Of a stretch of DNA of 64,000 nucleotides, positions 44,767 through 57,463 are shown piece after piece. The translations under genes were made by a program, and so were the position numbers. This DNA is from Macrostomum lignano (Eukaryota), in contig NIVC01000136.1 in NCBI GenBank assembly GCA_002269645.1, positions 186,001 to 250,000 on the forward strand. Direction: 5' to 3'. A model generated the notes under the pieces. It worked only from the letters and a program-made list of their open reading frames with translations. It ran no database searches and was not told the origin of the DNA. Every line of letters begins with the position of its first letter. The stretch's first letter is position 1.

Positions 44767-47700
44767 CTATGGACGAAGGGTTGGCGCCGCCCAGGGAGGT
44801 CCCCCAGTGTCGCCAGCAGCTATGGTGCTCTTTGGAAAGGAGAGTTCAGCCCTGCGGGTGGCCCGGAGGTAGCGCATGAGCTGGTTAAAGTTTTCGGGTT
44901 TGCACGCTTCAGTAATAGATGTGTGTGGCCCGAGGTAAGTGAGTCTGGCTCGCGTAAAGGCGGGACAGATGCTGACGAAATGCTCAGCGGTTTCGTCACC
45001 TGAGTTACAGAAACTGCAGATGGCGTTGGTGGCGTTGCCCTGCAGGTACTGGTGCCTAGAGAAGCAGCCGTGACCTGAGAGGGTCATGGTGGTAGCCTGG
45101 ATGTCTCTGCGTGAGAGGCACAAGAGGAGCTTCCGGAGCTGGTGAGAGGGTTGAGGGACAGCGCCTCTGGATTGCCTGCAGTTCGTGCGGTTCGCCCAAG
45201 TCGAGCGGTGCTGAGTCCTGATCCACGCTTTGATGCGCGAGTCGATGACACAGCCAGGAATCGGGACAAGGGGTTCGGGACCGAGAGAGGAGCCGGAGGC
45301 GCCAACTTTCGCAAGGGCGTCAGCCAACTCATTCCCTCGGATCCCCACATGCCCCGGAACCCACTTGAGGGTGATTTTGTTGGTGGAGCCCAACATGTTG
45401 AGGAGTTTGATACAGTCGAGGACTTTAGCAGAATTGGTGCTGCAGCCGCTGATGGCGTGCAAGGCAGCTTGGCTGTCCGAATGGAAAGTGATGTTGTTAC
45501 CGGTAACGCCAGTGGCGAGGAGCTCTGCGGTGCAGGAGCTGATGGCAAGAACTTCATTTTGGAAGACACTAGAGTTGACCCCAGTGTACTGAGCTTGGGT
45601 TGCGATAACCCTCCCGTTCAGGAAGATTCCAACACCAAAACCGGTGTTGTCTGACTGCTTAGAACCATCGGTGTAGCAGTGAAGCTCACCAGGGTTCCAG
45701 TGGTCATAGAGAGTATCTCGCGAGTCGATAGCTACGGAGTAGCGTTGTCTCAGGTTGAGCGTTGAGGCAATGCCATCGGTGAAGACCCGATTGGCCTGAC
45801 ACTCGTTGAGGATGTTGATGCACAGGTCGCTATGCGGGACGAGGTTCCGCTTAGCAAGTGCCCTCATGTAAAGGAATTTGACACCGGCATAAAGTAAACG
45901 CCCGGTCGTTCTAGCCGCCTCACCCCTGACGAAGAGGTCAAGAGGCGGTAGATTAAGGAAGGCCCCCATGCCGGCAAAAGGCGTGGACCTGGTGGCGTTG
46001 CAGATAAGCCTACACGCTCTGCCCTGGATCGTGTTGAGCAAATCTGCCTGGGTAGCGCTAACCCAGACAACCGAGGCGTACGTCATGGCAGGTCTAACTA
46101 CGGAAGTGTAGATCCACCAAAGCCGTTTTGGGGATAGACCCCAAAAAGTGTCAAATGCTCGACGGAGCTGGGCCAGGATGGCTGAGGCACGCTAGGCTTT
46201 TGCTTTCACGTGGAAGGACCAGTTGAGCCGGTGGTCAAGTATGACCCCGAGACATCTGGTCTGGTGCGCGAAGGCAGTATCTCTGCCGTAAAGCTGCAGA
46301 GGTCGTATGTTCCAGCGTATTCTGCTGGTGAACATAATGGCAACAGTTTTGGGCTCAAAGAGTTCCAGACCGTTGTTATTGGCCCAGGATTCTGCTTCGC
46401 GGATAAAGCTCCGCATCAGATCCCTGAGCGTGCTGGAGGACGGCCCAGCCACAATGGCAGTGACATCGTCAGCATACCCGACTTTGAAGACGGGATCAGG
46501 TCAGGAGTCACCCAGAAGAGCGTCCATGACCAGGTTCCAGAGCGTCGGGGTGAGGACTCCGCCTTGGGGTCCACCCTTACAGACTCTGGCGGAGGCAGTT
46601 TGCCCAAGAAGTTGGGCAGTGACCGTACGGTTGGAGATCATGTACATGATCCACCGTATGAGGGTAGCGTGAGCTTTGTGATTTTGAAGGGCCCTCTGAA
46701 ACGCTTCAAAGATAACGTTGTCGAAGGCGCCAACAATGTCGAGAAAAAGAGCCAGGGCGTTACCGTCACCCAGTACCGCCCGTTCAATCTTCTCGACTAT
46801 CGCATGCAGGGCGCTGTCAGTCGACCTCCCGGTACGGAAGGCGTGCTGATGATTGCTGAGAGGCATTGCTGTCAGCTCGCAAGAGAGCAGCCGCCAGAGA
46901 ATAAGCCTCTCAGTGAGCTTAAGCATTGCTGACGTTAAGCTAATTGGCCTAAAGGCCTTGACGCTCTGGTAGTCACCATTCCCAGGTTTGGGAATAAAGA
47001 CTACCCGAGCTTCAGTCCAGCATTTGGGAACGTATCCCAGCTGGATAGAGGCCCGCATAAGATTGCGGGTGAGTCTCAGGAACGAGGGTATCTTGGCTGC
47101 TTCACGAAGGAGAACAGGGTAGATACCATCAGGTCCAGGAGATTTGAAGGGTTTGAAGGTTCTGATCGCACGAGCGATTAGGTCTTCAGTGACAATGCCC
47201 GCCGCTAGGGTGGTTCCATCCATCGAATGGTTGGGCTCCGGTCTAGCAGTAGGTACCCTCGGGAAGAATGTGCTGAGCATATGCTGAAGCACTTCTTCAG
47301 GGTCTTTAGTAAGAGAGCCATCATCTTTTTTGATCATGGCTAATTTGAACATTTTGTCCATTGTAAGGGCCTTGACAAGCCTGGAAGTAGGTCTGTCTTG
47401 ATCCAATTCATTGCAGAATTGGCGCCACTTACATTCCTTGGCCTTGCGCACTTCAGATTTGAAATTGCGGGAGGCTTGCCGGAAAAGCTCCATGTCCTCC
47501 GGGTTTCCGGTCTTCATGGCACGGCGGTGAAGGCTTTTGGCCTTCCGCCTGAGTTTCCCCAGCTCCGGGTTTCATTACGGCGCCGAGGTCTTGCCTTTGT
47601 AGGCACGGACAGGGCAGGCCGCCTCATAGGCTGCAATAATGCAACCTGTCAGCGTCTCAGCCGCATGGTCCACATCCTCGCAGGTCTCAATCGGACGTAA

Positions 47701-48494
47701 GTCCGTGAGTTCCTGCAGGTGCAGATCAAGGGTAGCCTTATAGGCCGCCCAATCAGTGTTGCGGATGTTACGCCTCCAAGTAATCGAGGACTGGGGTTTA
47801 GTGTCCGCGATATTAAAGGCGATAAAGCAGTGGTCAGACAGGGAGGGCTCCTCAGACCAGACTCTCCACTCCTCAACTCTGTCAAAGAGTCTTGGGGTAA
47901 CGAGTGTGGCGTCAAGGACCTCAGTCCATCTGCCATTGTTAAAGGTAGGAGTGCTACCGCGGTTGCAGAGCATGAGGTTTGTGTTAGAGATAAGGGCCAG
48001 AAGCTCCTTCCCTCTAGTATTTGTGTCTTTGCTGCCCCAGTGCTTGTGGTGCGCGTTGAGGTCGCCCCCTAAGCACAGCTCAGCGTTCTGGACTCGCAGT
48101 ACTGCGCAAGGCGCAGTAAACTCTCGGGAGCAGGGTCTCTGTCGCCTGGGATGTAAACCGAGGCAACAAGACACGTACGCGGAGAGAAATGATTAGATTG
48201 GATGACGCAAAGATCTCCAGCAGAGAAATCAGTCCTCAGCCAAGCCTGGAGATGGCTAGCAGCGAGGATAGCCGCTCTAGGGCGGCTGTTCCCCGGGCCA
48301 CACACATAAAAATCAGAGTAGCCAGAGGGAATGTTGGGCAACTTACCGTTGCGCATCCAGGGTTCTTGGATCAGGATGAGGCCTGGCCTGTACAGCTCAG
48401 CAATCTTCATCAGATTTACTGACGCAGATACGCAATGCTGTAAATTTATTTGCAGACAGAATGTCGCTCCTTTGGCAGCGTGGAGCTTAGTCAT
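44767..48494 (-). pseudogene. LINE ORF2 (APE endonuclease, RT, RNase H, CCHC), split by about four frameshifts
   Basis: Track ORFs 48069-48494, 47575-48174, 46501-47517, 46192-46452 and 44767-46086 are colinear domains. Confidence 0.9.
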
Positions 48495-48533
48495 ACTGTA
48501 TTAAATGCAATGTCTGGCTAGAGCCCAGGGCCA

Positions 48534-50043
48534 TCAAGGAGACTTGGACAACAGATCGTCCTCGTCCCAGGCCGCTGGGGCTTGACTGGGAGATGGGAGT
48601 TGGTCGACGTCCATGGCCTCCTCACCCCCACCGGCCCCCCCCCCAGCAGAGTCCTCAGGCTCCGATGACAGGATGGAGGAAGCTTCCTCATCTGCATCTT
48701 TACCTTCAGACCCCACCAGGGTGGCCGAGGAGAGCTCGGATTCCGAAGACCCGGCCTCGTCCTCAACTCCTTCTCCGACTGGCAGGTTTGGTTTCCGGGG
48801 CTTGGCCGGAGCCGTTACCACGGTCGCCGAACTGCTTCTAGCAGAGGGGCGAGACGCAGCTTTGGCTTTGGGATAGGCTTGCGCCTTTCCTTGGGCCTTA
48901 GACTGCGCCCCGCTCTTGCCGGAGATGCCGGGGTTGGCAGTAGCCTTCCCTTTGGCAGACTTTCCTCGGCGCATCTTGAGCTTGAGGGCACCCAGCTGGA
49001 AAGAGGATCCATTAGGGTACCGACTCGCCCAAGCGTTGGAAAGGCCGAGGACAATTGAGTTGCCCGTCTCCCCCCTGCGGACTCGGCGGTGATACACCAG
49101 TCGACTAGCAGGGAGGTCGGGGTTCAGACGCAGTAGGACCCGGCGGATAACGTCTGGTCCAGCTGCGGTGCTCTTAGCAGGGACGAAAACCACATAGGGT
49201 ATCGTCTTTGGACGCTGGCCCTCGCGAAGAAAAAGAGCTCCACCAAGGTCAGCATCCAAGGAGACCGTCGGTAGCCGCAGGAGCAGCTGCCGAGCGTCCT
49301 CCTCGCTGCTAGGAGCAATAAGAACGAATGTGCTTCGCAGCACCATCCGCTCAATGCCGATGGAGATTCCCTCCTCGACAGTCAGCTCAATCAGATAGGA
49401 GTCAACAGCACTCCACACTTTTTGAAGCTGATCAGTGGTCCAGTCCTGGTCGCGACCTTGGATGATCACTCCCGGGATTTTGGCCTTGGCCTTTGCCGCA
49501 AAGGTAGCTCCCGAAGGAACCTCCTTGTTGGCAGTGGCCATTTGTTGCGCCGTGGTTTCGGCCTCAGCAGCCGCGGCAGCAGCTCCAGGGAGCGCCGCCG
49601 CTGAACTACTGGAGCTTCCACCGGCCGGCCCGCCTGGTTGCCTTGGGACTCCAGTCGCTTCAGCATCCATGGTGGACGCCGCCGCTTTGGCCCCCGCAGC
49701 TCCCTTCTTGGCATGCCTTTTGGCGCGTTGTTTAGCGCGTTTGCGCTCAAGCCGAGCCCGCTGAGCTTCATCGGATCTGCCAGATTTGGCCGGTCCTTTA
49801 GGCTCAGAGCTCGCGGTTCCCTTAGATCCACCAGCGGAGCTGGCAGGTCTTTGGGTATTTTGATTTTGGTAGCTCTGGTCGGATCTGCCAGCAGAGCCAG
49901 CCGGTCCTTCCTTTGCCACAGTTGAATCAGTCGGTTGGGATCTGCCAGCAGGGCCGGCCGGTCCTTTGGACTGAGGTTGGGGTTTAGAAGGGTCCCCGTC
50001 CCTAGAAATAGCTTGTTTATCCATAGTCGGCTCGAAGGCCATG
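48534..50043 (-). CDS. LINE ORF1 (basic, low-complexity ends; central region resembling Loa ORF1/DUF4780)
   Basis: Open ~500-aa frame from atcATGg directly upstream of ORF2; no zinc knuckle seen. Confidence 0.8.
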
Positions 50044-51011
50044 ATAAAAGGTTGGTGGGCCACCCTCAAAGGGGCGCGGTACCCACCGGCCGCTTCACTC
50101 GACCGGGCAGTAGGCCAATAGAACCCTCAAGGCTGGCCCGACACCAGGAGGGGGGACCGCTTGCAACCGGACTACTCCCCGGCCTTCCAGCCCATCGGCA
50201 CGGTCAACACCTTAGGCATTAGAGAGTACGTTGAGCAGTACCACGGCCTGCAGGTTGGCGAGCCAGACCCGCATACCCAAATTCGGCCGAAGCCACTGGA
50301 TAGGGTCGCCAGCGCCGGAGCCCAGTCTGTCCAGCAGCCCTAGGGACTGCCTTGAACACACACGGGGACGAGTACCCTGGGTCGACTTGCGAGACAGCGT
50401 GGGGGGGGGGTCTGCGGCTGCCGGAGGCAAATAGAGGGTGCAGACCTCCCACCAGCCTTGACCTGCTGAAGATAGGGGCAGGCGTGAAGCATCGCAGACC
50501 TTAGTCCAAAGGCCTGGTCTGTCTCATACTTCACTGGCATGCTGAATACGCCTTCGCGTGCGTTGGCAGACCTCACAAGTGAGGCAAATTTCATAAAGAG
50601 CTTTATCGCAGCTCTTGAAGCCTTTCATCCTTTCAGCTTGCAGACAATATGAATTTTACAAAAAAGTCAGGCCTTAGAAGTGGCCAATTAATTTTTATCA
50701 GACCTTTATATGAAATTTAACTATAGACTAGATATGCACTGCCTAGCAGGCAATGAAATTTTAAAGCTTTGTACATGTACATGCCTGAACCAAGACTCTG
50801 ATGATAAGGCTATTCATTTGTATGTGCATTCAGTTCATAAATGTACATTGAATCCAACCCATACCCCACCCCCCCCACATCCAGGCAAGGCAGTGCAACC
50901 CTTAAAACTAAAACACAGGTAGGCCTTGTCTGCTCCTAACTTCTCGAGGCCATAGTAGACAAAAATAAGTAATTAAGTAATAAAATAAAAATAACTTTAC
51001 TACAGATTGGC

Positions 51012-51811
51012 TCTTATCTCTGCGATGTTAACCATCCCCAGTGCAAAGAGATTGGCCGCCCCCCTCCTATCTCTGCAGTGTTAACCATCCCCAGTGCAAA
51101 GAGATTGGCCGCCCCCTCCTATCTCTGCAGTGTTAACCATCCCCAGTGCAAAGAGATTGGCCGCCCCCTCCTATCTCTGCAGTGTTAACCATCCCCAGTG
51201 CAAAGAGATTGGCCGCCCCCCTCCTATCTCTGCAGTGTTAACCATCCCCAGTGCAAAGAGATTGGCCGCCTCTCCTCCTATCTCTGCAGTGTTAACCATC
51301 CCCATGTAAAGAGATAGGCCGCCCCCCTCCTATCTCTGCAGTGTTAACCATCCCCATGTAAAGAGATAGGCCGCCCCCCTCCTATCTCTGCAGTGTTAAC
51401 CATCCCCAGTGTAAAGAGATAGGCCGCCCCCTCCTATCTCTGCAGTGTTAACCATCCCCAGTGTAAAGAGATTGGCCGCCCCCCTCCTATCTCTGCAGTG
51501 TTAACCATCCCCAGTGCAAAGAGATTGGCCGCCCCCCCCCCTCCTATCTCTGCAGTGTTAACCATCCCCATGTAAAGAGATAGGCCGCCCCCCTCCTATC
51601 TCTGCAGTGTTAACCATCCCCAGTGTAAAGAGATAGGCCGCCTCTCCTCCTATCTCTGCAGTGTTAACCATCCCCAGTGTAAAGAGATAGGCCGCCCCCT
51701 CCTATCTCTGCAGTGTTAACCATCCCCAGTGTAAAGAGATAGGCCGCCCCCCTCCTATCTCTGCAGTGTTAACCATCCCCAGTGTAAAGAGATAGGCCGC
51801 CTCTCCTATCC
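51012..51811. repeat. ~52-bp tandem repeat with internal 9-bp inverted repeat, ~15 units
   Basis: agagatagg-ccgccccct-cctatctct in each unit. Confidence 0.95.
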
Positions 51812-52140
51812 CAATGCAATCTGATGCAACCTGATACAATCTGATACAATCTGATACAATCTGATGCAACCTGATACAATCTGATACAATCTGATACAAT
51901 CTGATGCAATCTGATGCAATCTGATACAATCTGATGCAATCTGATACAATCTGATGCATTCTGATACAATCTGATGCAATCTGATACAATCTGATGCATT
52001 CTGATACAATCTGATACAATCTGATACAATCTGATGCAACCTGATACAATCTGATGTAATCTTATGCAATCTGATGCAATCAGATACAATCTGATGCAAT
52101 CTGATACAATCTGATGCAATCTGATGCAACCTGATGCAAT
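51812..52140. repeat. 10-bp tandem repeat (AT[A/G]CAATCTG)
   Basis: Direct reading. Confidence 0.95.
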
Positions 52141-52250
52141 CCAGTGTCTAAACGCACGAACTGACTGCTCCCCCCTTTCGTGCTACTGCGTGGCTGGCGG
52201 GAGCAGTACCTCGTTTTTGTTGTTGTTGCCCACGTAAGCCTTTGTTTCCA

Positions 52251-52620
52251 GGGGGCCGTAGCGTAGCGGTCTAGCGCAGGCTCTGGTGTGCCAGCGACCC
52301 AGGCTTGATTCAAAGTTCAGTCACATTAATTTGGAGCTGAATTGAAATCTTGGCTTGGCTCTGCTCGTGCAATTAACGGCCCTGAGGGCCAACCCCCAAG
52401 GCACAGTGAAGTGTACATGCCTAACAATAAAATAAAGTTAGGGCCGCTGTACACTCCTGTGTGAGTGTGTGCCTGCGTACGTATCCGCGCGCTTGTATGC
52501 CTGCTCAGGGGAGTCGGCGGAATGGGCAGTAATGCCTCTCGCCGGTTGTGTGTTGATGTCGGTTAAAGTGTGCCCGGGTGCACACAACCCCTCTGACTCT
52601 AATAAAAATAAAATAAAAAA
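52251..52620 (+). mobile_element. SINE copy related to 7246-7590
   Basis: High identity; A-box-like TAGCGTAGCGGT; A-rich tail aataaaaataaaataaaaaa. Confidence 0.75.
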
Positions 52621-52794
52621 GCCTTTGTCTCCTCTGCAGCCAAACAGCTTGAGCTCGATCCTTCTAGTACGCTCGTATCATGTACATTGTATTGCAAAAC
52701 GATATACTAAAATTAAAAGCAACACAAGGCTGAGTGGAAACCTGATTTTTTTTTCATTCACACTTATTTGAGCCTGTACAGAGTCTGCTAATTA

Positions 52795-53165
52795 CGTCCT
52801 GTCTACTGCATCTGGTCTCATCTGTGCTCTGCTACTCATGTCCTGTCTACTGCATCTGGTCTCATCTGTGCTCTGCTACTCATGTCCTGTCTACTGCATC
52901 TGGTCTCATCTGTGCTCTGCTACTCATGTCCTGTCTACTGCATCTGGTCTCATCTGTGCTCTGCTACTCATGTCCTGTCTACTGCATCTGGTCTCATCTG
53001 TGCTCTGCTACTCATGTCCTGTCTACTGCATCTGGTATCATCTGTGCTCTGCTACTCATGTCCTGTCTACTGCATCTGGTATCATCTGTGCTCTGCTACT
53101 CATATCCTGACTACTGCATCTGGTCTCATCTGTGCTCTGCCACTCATGTCCTGTCTACTACATCT
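52795..53165. repeat. 44-bp tandem repeat (TCATGTCCTGTCTACTGCATCTGGTCTCATCTGTGCTCTGCTAC), ~8 units
   Basis: Direct reading; a degenerate single copy at ~54150-54190. Confidence 0.95.
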
Positions 53166-53195
53166 GAAGAGCTCGCCTTAGCACACTAGTGAGAG

Positions 53196-53199
53196 ACGC

Positions 53200-53245
<46 letters not shown>
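53196..53245. repeat. (GA)n-rich microsatellite
   Basis: Direct reading. Confidence 0.85.
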
Positions 53246-55159
53246 TTAAGTCCAGTGTCTAAACGCACGAACTCCCACTTCTAGACCGCAAGCCTGGGAA
53301 AGAAATTTATTGATTAGTTACTATTGCTGGCTCCTCTTTTTTGTTTGGCAGGTTGGTAGAGCTTGTCTACTCATCGTATTACTCCTCCGCAGTTGTCTTC
53401 TTAAATTTTGAAGTCGACCGAGTATGAGAGAACTTTAGTGAACGTATCAAGTCAATCCATCGACGTCAATGTGTTCCTCGAAATAAAAATTTGAATCAGA
53501 GAGGCGCCCTAATAACAAATTCAACACTATAACAATGACGAGGTCCTCCAGGAAGGGCGTCTTCTAGAAATAACAAAATCGGAGTCCCGTGCCCCTTTCT
53601 CTTACTCTAGTTACCAAAATCAATCAATCAATAATCATCTAAGAGTATCTGAATCGGTCCGCAGATCCTATCCAATCCCTTAGGAATAAGGAGGCCTTCG
53701 ATTCATTAGCTCAGTAAAATCAACTGATCAGTAACGGCTGGCAATAGCACAGCTCTCAATCAGAGATGTGGCCTTGATTGGCTGCTCTAGCAAAGTCCAA
53801 GCCCAAAACTGGATGGATTTTTCGTTTGTAATTTATACAAAATTTTAAGTCAACTTTGAACTCAAACCGGTGTTTTGATGAGGTCAAGAAATGAATTTTA
53901 TCATTGGACCGGTGGGGTTTTTGAATAGAAAAGGGTGAAACCTGGATGCATTCCGGTTAAAATTCACCATATTTGTAAATTCTAAAAATAGATGATGCGA
54001 AGCTGTTTTTTGAACTATATAATGATCATTCGCTGTTTTCGTGAATTACTGGTATAAATAAGTAGCGAATGACGCATGCTATTTTTAAATTTATATTCGT
54101 ATTTTTATTTTACTAGTTTTAGTAGTCTGCTAGGTTCGGAGATCTCCACACATCTTGTCTCATCTGTTCTGTCTCATGTCCTGTCTACAAGAATCCAGTC
54201 GTCAGTTCTCTGGAACGTCGAAATATTGAGCAATTCAGCCAGAAAGTCGGAATTGATCCATCAGCACCAGTGAATTGAATACTCCACTGTGCGCCAATCA
54301 GCACTGCGTCTCGGTGTTGCGTTGCCAAGCCTCCCTATTTTATCACAACGTCAACCGCATGTGTCTGCAACAGCTCTGGCTTCGTTGATAACTGGAATTT
54401 ACACTGGCGGAGCTTCTGGATCTTCAACAGTGCCACCAACAGAATATGGATGCCAACCTGTCGCGAATTTCTGTGACGTCTAAGATCAAGAGTCAACGGA
54501 GGGCAAACCCGGACCGCTTGGTGTCCTTACCTACTTGTAGTATCTCAAGCATTCGGACATCATCCAGAAACCGTTGGTACCTTCAGCCGACTGCACCAGT
54601 AGACTATGTACGTTTTGCTTGAAGTTGCACAGCGAAATAAATGCATTGTTACGAACGCGAGATCCTCTCTGCGTAAGAATTCAGTTTACACTTGACGAAA
54701 CTGAAAAACTTGCCAATTAGTTATTTGCTAGATGGGTAGCAATGCATTCAAAATTACTTATAACAATATAATTCAATAATATGGCACTGTGATTAGTGTT
54801 ACTCCTCATGAAATAAATAGTTTTAATAGCTTCAGAAATGAAAAAAATATGATGAAAAATCTCAATTAGGTGTAGCTGCTGGTTGCCACCCGTCGAAGAA
54901 GCCGAAGGCATCAGCGTGAAGGCTGCATGCAACTACCTGGGAGTCTGGCTAAGGTTGTCCAGCAGTTGAGATTTGCCCGTCATTGAAGCTTGATAAGAAA
55001 ATGCTGACATGGCGCAGTGCAGATTGGCGCACGAAGGTGAATTGAATACAACAGCGCTAATGGTAGGAATCAGACAAAAACTATGAGACAAAAGGGAAAA
55101 AAACTCAGAGGGGGAATTCTACTCTTGGTAATTTTACGGGTAAACTCGGGTGTCTCCAA

Positions 55160-55671
55160 AAATCTGTATTACATAAAATTATCTAAAAGCAAAAACCCAG
55201 ATAGCACTTCATGAGCTGCAGATGAAAGAACGACCCAAGCTACAAAACACCGTATTGAAGCTTAGACACAGTTCGCATTGCAGACTGCAACAACAAAGCA
55301 CCAGAACTTCCGAAAGGTCATCCAGCACAAACAGAAAATAACGCAGCAAGGCAGGTAAAATTGATGCGCTGCATGGTGCAAAGGTTGCGAGTGACGCATG
55401 CAGTACCTGGGGATTCCAGACACTGTCTGGCAGAGATAAAAGTGCATTTAGTCACGGGATTCTGGCCAACCGAATCCCCAGCTGAGGCAAACAGTCTGAT
55501 GCAAATGGCAAACCGCGTGACGCGTTTGGAATGCGAAGTGCAGCCTGCAGTCACGTGAAATTTATTCGATGGGCAGGGAATGCTTCTTCTCTATATAAAT
55601 GCAGCCATTTTACAGGATGCAGCTGCAATCCTCAGATTACCGATACAACAACGAAAGGCGAACTTGACTCG
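55160..55671 (+). promoter_or_regulatory. Conserved upstream/promoter region of copy C with TATA box at 55592-55599
   Basis: High identity to 36620-37079. Confidence 0.7.
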
Positions 55672-56759
55672 ATGCAGCTCTTTCAGTTGCGAGTTTCTGC
55701 AGCGTTGGCTCTGCTGCTCTGCTCGCTGGCAGCCGGCCAGGTCTCCCAGTGCGCTCCCGCTGACTCTCCGCGGCTCCGCTTCGTGGCTCAGCTCAGCGTG
55801 AACGGCTGCGCGCTGTTCATGCACGACACGGGAGCGAGCGACGGTCCGCACTTGGCAGTCGAGCCGCTCATGTGCGTGACGGACAGCCTGAGAGGCATTG
55901 TTCCCCGATTCGACTTCATCACCCAGCAGATGTACTTCAGCGTTCCTGTATTGATGAGGGATGCTGGGATGCTCGCAGAGGCTCAGCGTCAACTGCGGCG
56001 TCTGTCACCGAGGTCTGTGAGCTTCGCCACGGTGACCAACATCAGCGTCTCAGCCGACACCCGCTCATCGGTTCGGGTTTTGGGTTTTCTGTGGACTCCA
56101 AATGAGACAGTAGCCACTCTGAGACTCGGCTTTGGAGAGAAGAAAGTCAACCCAATAAGAGGTTTTGTGTTACAAAATACGCCGATTAAAAATCGGGAAA
56201 AAATTGAAAATTCAACAATCGAGACTCTAAAAAATGTAAAACTCTCAGCTACTCTTCTGTTGAATGGCTGTTTCCATGATGTCGACAGCAGCGTCATGCT
56301 GCAAAACGACAGCTTCATCGAAGTCGGCGTGTACAAGCAAAAATTCTTACCCGCGTGCCGACAGCTGCGGTTCAATCGGTACGTTAAACTCGCGAACTGC
56401 TCTGCCCGAGTGCACCAGAGACTCGACATCAAGGGCCACTTCCTCATCGAGCCTCGGCTGTGCCACAACATCTCCAGCTTGAGCAGCGAGTCAGTCAGGT
56501 ATGACTACAGCCGAGACATGCACTACCTTAAGCTGGATCTGGTGCTGCAAGATGAGGCCACACGCGATGCTGTGAGGACTCAGTTGGCCGACTTGTCGCC
56601 TCGCTCGGTCGACTTCATGCGACTGTGGACTGCTGAGAGATCGGTGAGCTCTTCGTTGAGTGCTCGGTTTGAGGTCGGTCCGCTGATGGCGGCGGCAGAC
56701 TGGAGGTCCGCTCAGCTGCGGCTGCTCTGCGGAAACTGGACGGAGTGCCGCGATCTCAG
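55672..56759 (+). CDS. Copy C exon 1: signal peptide + two-repeat unknown domain
   Basis: ATG at 55672; hydrophobic signal peptide; 1088 nt ending in a phase-2 donor AG|GT. Confidence 0.85.
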
Positions 56760-57122
56760 GTTGGCTGACATTTTTAAGGCATGTCTGTGAAGGCTTTACC
56801 TTTCATTTACCTTGATTTTATATTTTATATTTTTGCTTTCGAGCTGCTCTTCGCTGAACAGGTCATTATGAGTTTTGTAGTGAGATTAAGATTAAGTCTC
56901 AGGTGGCCCGAATTGATGACCTAAAAAACACACAAACACAAATAGCATAGTTTTATAGTTTATGAAATAATTGCATGTTAGCGGCATCATTACTGTTTAC
57001 CACATATACCCAGACTATAATATTTTACATTATTTACCATTACTTGCTTTCGGCTTGTTTGACTTTATCTATCTATTCCTTCTTAGCGCTGTGCCGTTTA
57101 CAAAGCAATTGACGACTTCCAG

Positions 57123-57463
57123 GGCTGCTGTGCTGGCGGAGCCCGCTGACCTGTGGCGACACGTGCAGTGGCGGGTGACGTCGCTGGTATCTAAGCAGTG
57201 CCTCCTAAAGTCCAACCGAATCACTTCATCATGGAGAATGAAGCCATCTGAAGATACAGTCAGCTGCTCCAGTCTGAAGTCCTGCGCCAGGCTGCAATGC
57301 GCCTCTGTTCAACGCACAGCGAACTCTTCCAGTGCGGTTCAACTGCAGCCAGACGGTCGCTGCTTCCTGAAGATTCAGGAGCGACTCACTGGCAGTGTGA
57401 GTTTTCAACGCAACTGGACTGAGTACGAGACTGGGTTCGGTGATGGCACTGACTTCTGGATCG
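57123..57463 (+). CDS. Copy C exon 2: linker and FReD N-terminal part
   Basis: In-frame join ..ECRDL-R-AAVLAEP..; FLKIQERLTGSVSFQRNWTEYETGFGDGTDFWIG. Confidence 0.88.

Larger units (their letters stand above)
44670..50590 (-). mobile_element. Near full-length non-LTR retrotransposon, Loa-clade-like (ORF1 + APE-RT-RNase H)
   Basis: QINLQH / IQEPW endonuclease; GYVPKCWTEARVVFIPKPG..FRPISLTS; GPQGGVLTPTLWN; GYADD; YTDGS; WVPGHVGIRGNELAD; 5' boundary approximate. Confidence 0.9.

Noticed and set aside
50040-50650. HDV-like ribozyme at the LINE 5' end
   Set aside because: Could not assemble P1/P2/P3/P1.1 by eye; left as a test, not a feature
51702-52129. ORFs of repeated QIVSDCIRL
   Set aside because: Translation of the 10-bp repeat
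55531-55671. N-terminal extension of the 419-aa track ORF (MRSAACSH...)
   Set aside because: Spans the TATA box; the ATG at 55672 gives a clean signal peptide
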